Assembly (NCBI GenBank): GCA_051942205.1
Contig: JAVECO010000045.1
Coordinates: 1 to 64,000, forward strand
Direction: 5' to 3'
Source: Coniocarpon cinnabarinum
Lineage: Eukaryota
DNA length: 64,000 nucleotides
Shown: in pieces, positions 37,619-49,464 of the stretch
Layout of the letters: each line of letters begins with the position of its first letter
Position numbering within the stretch: the stretch's first letter is position 1
Made by a program: the position numbers and the translations under genes
The notes under the pieces: generated by a model
What the model was told of the DNA's origin: nothing
Database searches by the model: none
What the model saw: only the letters and a program-made list of their open reading frames with translations

Positions 37619-39227
37619 TCATGCCACGTCTATCAGCTCGTCTTCCTCATCTACTTCCACGACCCTCGATTGCTGCTCGCGAGGTGTTATCCCTGCGTCC
37701 GCATTGCCCTTCTCTTCACTATCTTCGCTCTCTTCGCCTCTCATCAATAAATCAACCAACCTCTCGCAGTTTTCTCTGACGCCATCGTCTTCAACAGCAA
37801 GATGCAACTCCCTCACGACGAGATACACACCACATTTTCTCAGCTCATCTCTTCCTTCGCGGCTACTGCACAGTAATAGCAAACATTCGAGAAGGTCCTT
37901 GATGATGCCGGTGTCGGACTCGCGTTGCTTCGAGGCAGGGAGCAATTGAAGCTCTGGAAGAAGCTGGTCGGACTCGTGCTCAGGGTACTCATCGGGACCC
38001 GCGAGAGGAAGAAGAAGCTGCGTTAGAAATTCATGACCAGTGCTGGGTGCTGCGAAGGTGATAACGTGGGTCTCAGCCCCAGCGGTCTTGGAGGAAGAGG
38101 TGAGGGGGGAAGTCTCAGAGAGAAGGACTGCGTGGGCTGGATTGTAGAAAAGTGTGTTCTTGAGCGCAGTGGCAACACCACGTCGGCGAGTGAGACTTGA
38201 ATGGCTCGTGAACGGGGTCAATTTCGTGAGAGGGAGCAGTGCGTCGTATTCAGAAGGTGTTGTGAGGTGTCTTTGTACGGCTTCGTCCTGGTGTCGTCAG
38301 ATCCCTGGAACACGGACATGGATGTAACAGATAGCGATCCAAGGTGAAGTGAGCCAAATTTTAGATGGCAATGAACAGCGAGAGAGGAGGCCTCTTGGCC
38401 CAGAATGATTAGAGTGTAACGCACCTTGGCGAGATCTCCAAAGAGATATGCAAGATCATCGAAGTTCGCGTGCTTGTTGTACCCACCATCCACACCTTTC
38501 ACAAATAGGTCAAGAAGCTGATCGATGGCTAATGGCGACTTTGAGAGTTCTTTCGGCGCTGATTTTGGTTTGAGTGTTATGAGACGAGTGAGCGAAGGCG
38601 ACTTGCCTAGGTTTGCGAGGAGGGTAGCGAGATCGTTTGCCGTAGGCTCATTAGCATTCTTGCATGGCGTCAGCAACATTCGTCGGCAACACTGCTATTG
38701 TGAAAAGTCTGATCGAGGTATTGGCATAGGCGAGGGATTCGACACCTACCGTGATCCTCAGAAGGACGGTTTCAAGAAAGGTGTCATCTTCGGCAAGGCT
38801 CTTGAGAATTTCATGATCGGAAGAGAGATTGATGAGGATTGTTAGAGCGTGTCTCGAAATGGGCTAAGCCTGTTGTCAATACCCGATGCAGTCGCATCAG
38901 GACCTTGGACGGGGCATACAGCATAATCTTTGACCAGCAGCTTTAGATCTTTGATCGGCTCGAGTTGATATCGTTTGAATAGGGCTGGCTGCGCTTTCGA
39001 GTAGCCGACGAGGTTTTCAATTGCTTGCCATGATTTAGTACGGTCGCAAATGCCTATTCAACGAACATCTAGACTAGATGCTGAACGGGACCACTTACCC
39101 ACCTTTCGAATCTCGGTATTGCCATGATGGAGGAATTCCACCAACTGTGTTGAGATTGTCAGACCATGCTATATGTCTCATGTGCTATCTGCCTCGGCAT
39201 ATGTACCTCTTCTAATTCTGTAGGCAT
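37619..39227 (-). CDS. HGH1: Hgh1 (FAM203) eEF2 chaperone, multi-exon
   Basis: MPTELEE|LVEFLHHGN start, AIDQLLDLFVKG..GYNKHANFDDLAYLF, RRRGVATALKN, LLLPLAGPDEY, LPELQLLP..KQRESD. Confidence 0.92.
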
Positions 39228-39558
39228 TTTGTACCGAATTCCTGTAGAACGAGTTAGGTTTGAGGACAAAAAGGGAAAGGCTTGGCAAAGGTGAAGATTT
39301 TTCCGGGAGTGGGTTGAGTTCATTTGTTTCGACCTTTATATCATGCGCAGCTACTGACGAAGAGATGCATGCTATAATCTCAGTGTTGACTCGTTGTAGG
39401 TGCAAGTGTCGGATTTTTGAAGACGGCAGAAAACGACGAAAATACTATGCAGCTAACAGATCTGCCAAAAGGTGCGCTATTAATTGCAATATACATATCT
39501 CGCCAGTAACGAACGCTGCTTATTCCTCTCCCTCAGCGTTTGCTTTGCATAGCAATCT

Positions 39559-40089
39559 CTAATCAATCAACATCCTTGTCTTGACTGGCTTTGGCGTGTG
39601 CGCTTCCTTCCACGCTCTTTCTTTCCTCTCCTTAAATCCTCTCCGCAGCTTTGCAAGCACGCTGCCCTTCTTCAGCGAACGCCAACACTTCTTCCACGAG
39701 TTCTTTCCTCCAGCTTGAGAGGCATGACATGGTGTCGGCACCCTTCTCAACAGCATCCATTCCTCCTCGTCATTCTCCTCCCAACTTCCGTCCTCGCTCG
39801 AGGGCTCGCTTCTTTCCTCGGGGCGCTCTGAATAAGCAGGTGGAGGACTCCTTGACGCTCCAATTTGTTGAGGGGAGCCCTCTGTTCGGCTACGACCTCG
39901 ACTTTCTGTCGTAGCTGCTATACTCGAACGAAGCACCACGTCCACCCCGTCCGCCGTCGCACGTGTGTTGCTGTGCTTGTAATTCCCATTGTGTGGGTTT
40001 GGAGAAGACGCAAAGCTGACATGCGGTCCATCTCCGCTGATGTCCGGGCAGCCGTTGCGGTAGTAGTCGTGTAGGTAGAGGGCCGGCAT
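39559..40089 (-). CDS. Orphan protein of about 176 aa with a PPAY motif and basic C-terminus
   Basis: ORF from MPALYLHDYY with SPPPAYSE and acidic/basic segments. No recognised family. Confidence 0.5.
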   Translation of the reverse strand: MPALYLHDYYRNGCPDISGDGPHVSFASSPNPHNGNYKHSNTRATADGVDVVLRSSIAATTESRGRSRTEGSPQQIGASRSPPPAYSERPEERSEPSSEDGSWEENDEEEWMLLRRVPTPCHASQAGGKNSWKKCWRSLKKGSVLAKLRRGFKERKERAWKEAHTPKPVKTRMLID

Positions 40090-40608
40090 CTCGTTTTGCT
40101 GTTGAGGAGTACGGTGGTGATAGTCGAAACAGTATAATGTGCGGATTCGATGAGTTTGTGCCAGGCGATACGACAGCGTAGGGAATTGCTGGATTGTTGT
40201 GTTATGAATGGTTGAATTAATCAGATCGATAATCAAGCTTCTCGCAAGAGTATCACTGAACGTACTATATTGTAGACACGATTAGAAGGAGCGAGCGCAA
40301 CTTTATATATATTGCAGGCGAGGGTTTGTCAGAGCGTACGTGTGCTCAGCAATCACTGGTTGATGCTCACCTACTCGCTCAACATATTGCGATGTGGCAA
40401 AGCGCTCAGACAGCATCTCGACGTCACGAGTACGTAAATAAAAGCACACCTGTAACTTGGATGCAGTGTGGATTAAGTACAATGAAGCGATGAGTCGGTG
40501 TCCCTTGGCACTGCAGCTGTTCGCAGCGAAATTCAGATGTGTCTCTGTTGGTTGTAACTGCTGGCACAATGGCGATTCCAAAAAGAAACCACACAACAAG
40601 TGAATCTA

Positions 40609-42175
40609 TCAAGGTCGATTAGCTGGCCTCACCCTCTGAATCCCACCACTTCCTCCGGACCCAGTCACTGGCAAACCTCGTTCTTTCAATGTCCGCTCAA
40701 TGATCTTCCACCTTCCCATTGCCTTCTCCTTGTCAATTGGCGTCTGCCTCCTACCGTGGATCACTACATTGCTCAAACCATTGAAGACGCCCTTATTGCC
40801 GTATTTCTCTTCACTCAATGGCCCGACGACGTTCTGATTTCGCCTCGATGGCTCAAACCCGTCGATTTTGTTTGGCTTCAAAATCTCCATTGGATTTTCC
40901 GTCGCATACTGTGTCCCGACAAGTTGTTCAAAAGTGCTCTTGGGCGTCTCGACCTGGTGGTGTAGGTATGCCAGCACGTCACCCAATGTATTAAATCCAT
41001 CGACTTGGAACATTCGCAATGGAAGGACATGAGAAGTGAGTTGAGCCAAGCGATGGGCGATCTATGTGCAAACGTTAGAATTTCTGCCGCACTTGCAACG
41101 GAGACTGACTTACAGCCAACTGTATTTCCGGATGGCTAAATGGCACGCTTTTCCATTCGTGGCCCAGTAGCTCCCAAGGTTGAGCTGACGGAGGGTCGGG
41201 CGCACCAATAGTACTGACATCATTGTTGACGTCGTCTAATCCTCCGGATCGTTGCCTTGCTTCCTTCTCCTCGGGAGAAAGGTCAGGATCCCGGTCAACA
41301 GCCTCTTCAGCTTCATCTATGAGCCCTTCTTGGATCAACGCTTCTGGACTTATTTGATTTTGTAACGCGAGCCGTGTCTCTTGATCCGGAAACGTCATAT
41401 CCACCCCAGCGCCAGATTGACTGGGTTTCAGGCTGACACGATGAGCGTCACCCCGCATACTCACCAGATCTTCTGGACCTGCTTTCCCGAGCTTCATGAT
41501 GTCTTGCCCAATGCTATGCGCGCACCACACTTCAACAGCTGCTCGATGCAATGCAATAGTTAAAAGTGCCGGACTTGCAACCTTTTTCTTGGGAAGGAAA
41601 CTTCTAAACGCCTTGCTCGGTTTTGCTTGAATGCCGACATCCCACTCTTGCTCTCCGCCCACAACTTCCAGCCCGTCCCATCGTGTCACCGGCACATAGT
41701 CTTTGTGTTCTGGTGCTTCATCAACAGCTTCTTGTCTGCGCTCCTGCTCCTGCTCTGCCAATTGTCGCCGATACTTCGTGCGTTGCCCGCGGTCCATCTG
41801 AACTTCTCCAAAATCTTCACCGCCGATCATGACAGGCTTCTGTCGCTCTGCTCGATCTGGTGCCTCACGTTGCGGACGATTTTTGCCAGTATAGGGATCA
41901 TCCGCGCCTGGTGGTGTTCCTTTCCACAGCATACCTCGAACACGATCCAGGACTCTGTCACGGGCTAAGAGTGTTTTCTGTGTCGTAGAAAGGCCCTCGC
42001 GACGCTTGCGTTCACGATCAGATATCTTCTGGGATTCTGATCGACCATCTTGATGCGGTCGAGAGATGGTGAGGGTACGATGCTGACAAAAGAGGCACAC
42101 TTGCGCATCGTGCGTTCGTAGGGACTGATTTTGCCGCACGATTCGTGCGCTTCGCGCGGCGCTGCTGCGATGCAT
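40609..42175 (-). CDS. Mitochondrial large-subunit ribosomal protein mL50 family; intron about 41063-41112
   Basis: Arg-rich presequence, WKGTPPGADDPY, YVPVTRWDGLEVVG, C-terminal NVVIHGRRQTPIDKEKAMGRWKIIERTLKERGLP. Confidence 0.82.
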
Positions 42176-42234
42176 GAGTGCGAATAAAAAGAAGCTCATG
42201 AATGACTCCGTACGTGATTGAGGAGTAGAAGCCC

Positions 42235-42268
42235 TTTAGGGTTTATAACCCTAAATCACGCTCATCTC
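42235..42268. promoter_or_regulatory. Bidirectional promoter element: TTTAGGGTT-TAT-AACCCTAAA palindrome plus PAC-like GAGATGAGC
   Basis: Perfect 9-bp inverted repeat at 42235-42255, with GCTCATCTC just downstream. Confidence 0.55.
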
Positions 42269-42391
42269 CCTCGCGTAATCCTTCCCTTTTTCATCCGTAC
42301 AATTTGTTGGTGATCACAGACCTTGTCATTTCACCCATTTCTTCTTCTACATTCAAGACCTGGCCAAGACCTCGGTCTAAGGAGGCCAGCA

Positions 42392-42955
42392 ATGGTGCGG
42401 AAACTCAAGTACCACGAGCAGCGACTTCTTCGCAAAGTAGATTTCACAACTTACAAATCCGATCAAAACCACCGTCAAGCCGCTGTCCTTCGCCGATACC
42501 TAATTCAAAAACCATCGGACTACACGAAGTACAATCGCCTTTGTGGAAGCCTCAAACAGCTTGCACACCGTCTCGCGGACCTCGAGCCCTCAGATCCGGT
42601 GCGACGCAAACATGAAGAGCTTCTGCTCGACAAGTTGTTCGACATGGGTGTGGTAGGCACAGGTGGTGGGGGACGAGGAAAACTATCAGATGTGGAGAAC
42701 AAAATCACAGTATCGGCGTTTGCGCGGAGGAGATTACCGATCATGATGACACGAATGCAAATGGCGGATCATATCCAGGCAGCGACGAAATTTGTTGAGC
42801 AAGGACACGTCCGCGTGGGACCAGAGGTCGTAACGGACACGGCGTTTCTAGTGACAAGGAACATGGAAGACTGGGTGACTTGGGTGGATGGGAGTAAGAT
42901 TAAACGAAATGCGCTCAAGTATCGGGATAAGCTGGATGATTTCGATTTACTGTGA
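42392..42955 (+). CDS. IMP3: U3 snoRNP protein Imp3 (S4 family), intronless
   Basis: MVRKLKYHEQRLLRKVDF, FVEQGHVRVG, VTRNMEDWVTWVD, YRDKLDDFDLL. Confidence 0.97.
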   Translation: MVRKLKYHEQRLLRKVDFTTYKSDQNHRQAAVLRRYLIQKPSDYTKYNRLCGSLKQLAHRLADLEPSDPVRRKHEELLLDKLFDMGVVGTGGGGRGKLSDVENKITVSAFARRRLPIMMTRMQMADHIQAATKFVEQGHVRVGPEVVTDTAFLVTRNMEDWVTWVDGSKIKRNALKYRDKLDDFDLL

Positions 42956-43293
42956 GATAAGCAAAAGTCGCTGCGGAGTTTGAGATTGATGCGACTCATA
43001 TCAGCGGTGCGTGGCCTTAAGTAAACAGCTTCGACACCAAGGTGGTTATACCTAGCCCTCGGATCGTTTTCTCAACAGGCTGCGACTCTGTAAGTCGAGC
43101 CGGCCCTCAATCAGGCAACGCACTAAGCAGAAGTCCAACGCGAGCGCATATTTTAATGTAAAAGTTCAGGCCATGGAGATGTGAGCCCTTCGGCAAGTCA
43201 CGTCTGGGGATTTTGAAGAAGAGCTGCTCTTAATCTAAGGCCACGCAAATTCCCAAGAGAGCCTGATCGTCCAACCGAACCCCGTTGTCACAG

Positions 43294-43922
43294 CCTCCTT
43301 GAAATTTCGCAGTTCTCTGATCTCGACACAAACTGCCATGACCGGGTTTTCCAGGTCCACAAGAGCATGCTAACGTGTCTGGAAGGCTTCTTCAGCATAA
43401 TTGACTATCACGGTCTTCAAATCCCCAAGAAAACATCAGCGTATCCAGTCGGCTTCTTCAACATGATCGACGAGAACGTTTCCCAAGTCCATAGAAACAT
43501 ATTATGTGGAGTGCCAGAGTGACTTCTTCAGCATGATCTACAAGAACGTTTTGCAGGTAAGTTCTTGAAGTCTAGAGACTGTTCAAATTCAATAGCCGAT
43601 TCCGTCTGGGGTTCCTGATGAAATTCAGAGGGAAGATGAAGAAAAGACGATTGAGTCTCACAAAGATGATCCTAACATGATCTATGTTTTGCTACAATTC
43701 CTGTGCGGCATTGAGTATGATGTTCCGTTGGATCTTGAACTCGCAGTACTTGACTTTCTTCGGGGAGGCTCTCATAGGTCCTTTCGACTCCCCGGAATAC
43801 TACATACACGCGACTGCTGCAGTTTCGTGTATGATATTAAGTGTGAGCACCATACTGAAGCAGCTGTATTCTGGGCGGTTATCCACGCAGCTGCCGGTTT
43901 TTACACCGACAGTGAATTTTAA
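43294..43922 (+). pseudogene. Degenerate BTB/POZ-domain gene with an internal triplication and frameshift; intron 43557-43628
   Basis: FSDLDTNCHDRVFQVHKSMLTCLEGFF, then after the intron EKTIESHKDDPNMIYVLLQFLCGIEY. Both match halves of the fungal BTB fold. Stop/frameshift near 43520. Confidence 0.7.
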
Positions 43923-44099
43923 AATTAGAAAACTCTGAGGTTTCAAAGAGGGTGTGACATGTCTCAGTAGAACATTACTGAATTTTAGACTCTCCCCCGC
44001 GCGCTATTGCGAGGCGAGCTCTGACATTATCGAGCATGCAGCCCTCATTAGTTCCTACCAACCTTTCTTCAAGGGGTGCACTCCCGACACAGCCCTCAT

Positions 44100-45659
44100 T
44101 GGATTCTACTCGTTTCCCCGGATAAGCCACAGATGCAGGTGATACAAGGCCCTGCTCTGCGCCAGGAACACTCGGCGTCTGCACTGCCTGCAGCCATTTG
44201 GAGACAATCCCTCCAACTCACACAGGATCTGCCTGAACTCCGTCTCCAGGTACATCCGAGCGCTCTGATCGATGCAATGCAAGCGATCGAGGAACTTCAA
44301 GGCTCATATGAGCGTCACCCACTGCAGAGCGACTGGACTTGCCAGTGCTCGGGAAGCTGATTGCACCCGAAACCGATGAGCCCCATCGCGACGTCAACGA
44401 AGCGGGGTTTGGGAGTGAAGAACCCTTGTCCTTTCTTGCGTGGAATTGAGAAGAATGCGATAACAAATGTCTCAACTCTTCCCGCGAACCTGTATAGGAC
44501 GCATTTCACTGCTCTTCTGCCGTCATGCCTTCAATTGGCAGAGGACGCTTTGTTCCAAGCTTGACAAACTGTGCCATGGCATGATCAAAGCTCCTCATGT
44601 CCTGGCCATCAAACCTTTCTGGTGATGGCCGGCTCTCGTCGCGATGCTTCACCTTCTTTGAAGGATGAGCACTTTCAACCACTGTATCCACATTCTTCGA
44701 TGCCTTCGCCTCACGCAATTGGCGTCGGAGGTCTCTCACTTTCAATCACTGTATTCACATCCGTTGATGCATGCGCCTCACGCAACTGGCGTTGGAGATC
44801 TCTCACTTCTGCTTCCAAAGCCTCGACTCGCCCTTTCATTGGGTCAAGTGGCGCCTTGGGTGTTGGTTCATCGACATTGACCTTCATCTTATCAAGTCTC
44901 GCCGTCACCTCTTTCTCAAGTAATGGCTCAAGCCTGTCTACGACATGCGTCAGCATCGTCTCCAACCGATTTTGCGTCAGGTTTTGATCCATGTCAGTTG
45001 CCTGCACATATTGTATGACCGAAGATATGGTGCTGCTTGTCTTACGCAACTCAGTGCGCTCCTTTTCCAGTTGTTCATCTCTTTCGTCACAGGCTTGCAA
45101 TCTCAGATGCAGCATTTGGACCTGGTTTCGGAACACCGTGAACATCTTGCTGGTCATGGCGTAGACTTGCTCATACGAGTCAATGATCTCTTCGACCGCA
45201 TCATCGGGGCTCACGCGATGCATCATCTCCTTGAGTTTCTCAAGTTCAAATAGAAGCTTCTGAGCTGAAGAACGATGTCAGCAGATGATACCTCGAAGAC
45301 TTGATCTGCTCTGATGAAGCAGCGTAGGTGTGAAGCAGCGTAGGTGTGAAGCACCTCGTTCAGAGCACTAAAAGGTTCATGAACATTCAAGGACCAACCC
45401 AGGGGATAGGTTGTCAACCATAATGGGTATCTCAAGATGATGACAGGTGCTACGACGCGACCGGCATTGCTGAGATTCCACACTTACTCTCCTTCTGATT
45501 CTCCTGCCACGCTCGGGCACAACCACTATTACAATCGTGAGCCAATAACTGCTCCAACACCTCCTCAGTGGGGAAAGAACTTTCATCCCGTGCATGTCCA
45601 TCCTGCTCATCTGGCATCTCGTGCGAAGAACTGATCGGAATTGGGCTTTCATCCGTCAT
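44100..45659 (-). pseudogene. Disrupted orphan coiled-coil gene (intron about 45265-45487), broken by a 67-nt duplication and an in-frame TGA
   Basis: MTDESP...ENQKE|TQKLLFELEKLKEMMHRV splices in frame. Downstream coding continues across ORFs 44506-44745 and 44218-44475. Confidence 0.55.
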
Positions 45660-47050
45660 TTTGACAGGTCTGCAGTACTACGATAAAGGGGAGCGTTGGA
45701 GAAGGAGAAAGTCATGTATGATCGACGCGGGCATTTGGAGCTCCTTGCCAATAGTCGCACCTACTTAAACGGGGCCGGAAAGCACGCGGGGCTTCCCAAC
45801 ATACACGAAGCGGTGTAGCCTCCACATGTGGCACATCATCAACATCCGGATCATCGCTACTGCCGCGCTTTGAGCCTGGATTAGAGTCAGGCCTCGCATT
45901 GAAGTACGCTCCAGGCTCTGCGTCTAACTATAGATGTGTCGTAGTTGGGTTGGGATTTGGTTAGAATATCAGTCGATCATCAAGCTCTATGGAGATTGAA
46001 AGCACAAATCAACTCGTAATGACTCCATGACCATCTCGAAATGCTCCATGATGTCCATCTCGCGAGAAATATGATAGCAGTGAGACCTTCTGAGACATGA
46101 AATCATCTCTTGCACACAATTCCATATCCGAAGATATCATGACTTGATTCCGTGCCGAGTGAATGTTAAGGAGGTGGTGTCTTGGCAGAAGCATTTTCGC
46201 CTGACTTTTTAGGCCGGAAGACGGCTTTCACCTCGAATAAGGTGTGGTACCAGAAATCGTGGCGCAAATGGAACAGCGTGAGTATCATACAATTACCACA
46301 AAATTTACAGACCTCCCGAAGACTCTGTATCCTGAGACCAATTTCTTCACGAAATTTGAAATACGTATCTGCTCGGGTGTAAACTGTATGGAGCACGTTT
46401 CCAGAATTACAACAAATCAAGACTTGATGCCTGAACTTCCAGGCCGGAAGACGGCTGTCACCGCCTTACCACGACTTCGACCTGTCCTTACATCATATGA
46501 AGTGGGCGTATCCTCGGACTTGCCATGTCTGTCTGGTCACCGTACCGAAGAGTCGTGAAGAGGGCTATGAATGTTATCCAGCGCCCAGCACCACAACTGG
46601 ACGTTCAGGGCACCAAGCTATGTGATGACCCAAGTCTCTCTAATCTAAGAAAAGTTCATGGCCTTGGGCAGTCTTCGTCCCCTGCAACGGAGCACCTCGA
46701 CAATTCTGTCATCCCTTCGCAACAGATTTGTCGAGACCCTCGACACAGTTTGAGTAAATTCAATGCCATGAAGCTTCGTCGAAGCGTGGGTGGCGATTTG
46801 CCCGTCAGATCCTGGGGCAGATAGTCGAGATGTCTTGTGTTCACTTCTAGGGATTCTTTCTTTCGAGGCACGTAGGGTGACATCTGTCCACGGGATCTAT
46901 TGCTGCCTCTCAATTGCGTACCGCACCCTGCCACGTCGAAAATCAGCACACAAATGAATTTTCACTTTCCCGCTTTCCGCCTTTTCACTTCAACCTACAA
47001 TATCCGATTGTGTGTCTAATCGTGTCTAAGACCCAGTCATCGTTGTCATC

Positions 47051-48204
47051 ATGGTTTCAAGTTGGTCAGACGCTATGAGCTACGAGGCGTTTTGTCGGCT
47101 TTTGCCGCAGGGTGCATCTTTCAGCCGTGAGGCTTTCAGGGAATTCGCGCATAATTTCGACATCGTCTATTTTCCTGGCGGCGTAAAGGCCGTGCTGGCG
47201 TACAGAGGTGATGGTAAGTCTTCCCAGCATCACATTCACATACGCGACCTCTTGTCTTTTCGATCGTTACCTACGATATCATCCATCGAACCTGGACCCC
47301 ATCGCTGACAGTTGAATCAGATGATGCGTTTCGGAACCTGCTCAAAACGCAGCAAATCCTTCAGGATCCCAACAGGCGTGAAGTGCAGGACTATGCACTG
47401 CCCACCGGGCCAGTGAGTAAGCGCAGACGAGTTGATGGGATGGATCCAGGATCTGTGTCGTCTTTTGGTGATTCTCCTGGGCCCAATGTCACAATGGGTG
47501 CATTGGCGTCGCAAAATCGCGGTGGTTCTTTTGGGCGCAATGTCGCCAGAGGTGCATTGGTGGCGCAGAATCGTGGTGGTTCCTTCGGGCACAGTGACAC
47601 AATCAGTGCATTGGCGTCGCAAAATCGTGGTGCTTCGTTTGGGCAAAATGACACAATGGGTGCATTGACGCCGCAATATCGAGGTGGTTCTTTTGGGCCC
47701 AATGTCACCAGAGGTGCATTGGCGCCGCAATATGATGATGGATTCCCCCGTGGTCGTGCCATTGGCCGTCCAGTTGGGTATGGTTCCTTCGGTGGTCGTA
47801 GTCGTAATCGAGGTCGTGGTCGTGGTCGTGGTCGTGGTCGCGGTCGTGGTCATGGCCAGAGCCCGTACCAGCAAAATGGTCAATCGGTGGATCTGAATGT
47901 GTCTGGTTCCCCAGCACTACAGAATACTCCCGTTGTACCGACTGGTCCACGTGGTGAATCGCGGGTGACGCAAGGTCGAGGTGGATCGCCTGGGCTTGTT
48001 CAATCTGAACAAGGGCAAGCAAATGCTTTGTGGGACAGACTCGCTGGTCCCCCGGCAATGAATCTGCCGGATACCAGATTTGTGCTTGAACATGGTGCGG
48101 GCGGATCATCCAATGAGGAGCCCTTCAAGCGCGAGATTTCGGAAGGGGAGTTTGAGCTACTTGAGCCCAGTAATTCCCCAACATTTATCAAAAAAGAAGG
48201 GTGA
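47051..48204 (+). CDS. Orphan RGG/RG-rich low-complexity protein; intron 47214-47320; 3' end uncertain (possible donor at 48201)
   Basis: GTAAGT..GCTGAC..CAG intron joins ORF 47051 to ORF 47383 in frame. Contains an SKRRR basic patch, 18-aa repeats and an (RG)7 run. Confidence 0.6.
47480..47850 (+). repeat. 54-nt coding tandem repeat, about 5 copies (GALASQNRGGSFGxNxTx), followed by (CGTGGT)n
   Basis: Recurrent ggtgcattggcg..caaaatcgtggtggttcttttggg. Confidence 0.9.
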
Positions 48205-48254
48205 GTCGCGTTGTATTACTTTCATGCGTCATGGTTTGAGAATTTGCTTGCCTG

Positions 48255-49075
48255 CCCAGAAGTCTGGGTCTTCGATCAGTGATAGTATGAGCAAGAAAGA
48301 TGTCTCTGGTGAGCGCAAAGCGTCTCCCTAGAGGCTTCAGTCGGAGATGGTACGAGCAAAGGCGATGTCGCTGGTTCAGAAGCTTGTCTCCTCGGGCAGT
48401 GGTGGGTTGAGTAAAAGTGGCGTCTCTGTGGGGCATATAATACCTCGTTAGAAGACTAGTTTTCGAGCCGTGGTGGTATGAGCAGGGGTGATGTCTCTGG
48501 CGGGCGCACAGCGCCTCCTCAGAAGACTGTGTCTAAGGTTGACGGTGAAGTGAGCAAGGATGATGTCTCTGGCGGGCGCAAAGCGTCTTCTCAGAAGATT
48601 GTGACTAAGGTTGATGGTGGTGAGAGGAAGGGTGATGTCTCTGGCGGGCGCATGGCGCTTCCTCAGAAGACCGTGTCCAAGGTTGATGGTGTTGAGAGCA
48701 AGGGCGCAGGCGCATAGCGTCTATCAGAAGACTGTGTCTAAGGTTGATGATGCTGAAAGCAAGGCGATGTCTCTGGCGGGCGCAAAGCGCCTCCTCAGAA
48801 GACTGTGTCTAAGGTTGATGGTGTTAAGAGCGAGGTACAGGCGCATAGCGTCTCCTCAGAAGACTGTGTCCATCGTTGGTGGTGGTTTAAGCAAGGATGA
48901 TATCTCTGGGGGGCGCAAAGCGTCCCCTCAGAAGACCGTGCCTTGGGTCGGTGATGGTATGAGCAAATATGGTATATTTGAAGAGCCTGTGATGCCTCCT
49001 CAAGGGTCTATTTCTCTGGTCAGTGGCGATGTGAGTGAGAGTGGTGAGCGCATGACGCCTCCTCAGAAGACACCA
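48255..49075 (+). repeat. 72-nt degenerate tandem array, about 10 units (SKxDVSGGRKASPQKTVSKVDGxE), with indels and stops
   Basis: Recurrent gatgtctctggcgggcgca..cctcagaagactgtgtctaaggttgatggt. Confidence 0.9.
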
Positions 49076-49464
49076 CAAGCTGAGGAGAAGGTTCAGAATT
49101 TTGATTTCGGATGAGCCGTTCATTTGCATGATCGGAACTCGCAAAATTAATGAGCAGCTCACTGTTTGTCAGGCCTTCTCCCTTACATCGAGAAGAATCT
49201 AGTATCTCCCATGCGGGTCAAGACTAGCTCAGAGTCGAGATTTGAAGTTTCCTCAAAAGAGAGAGAAGCTCATTCGCCAGGGGTAATAGCTTACGATAGT
49301 ATGGTCTGCTCGCCCTCAATAGATGAAATTACACAGCGGCGCGCCTATGTTCTCCTGGACTTCCACCCAACAGAGAACAACAGGGGTGAGCACTGGACCA
49401 GACGCTCGGATTCGAGGACTTTGGCTCCACCAGCAATGTCACAGAAAGCTCCAGCAACGCTGGA

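Noticed and set aside
47480..49075. Repeat arrays as CRISPR
   Set aside because: Units are contiguous and degenerate with no unique spacers; eukaryotic context; no cas genes.
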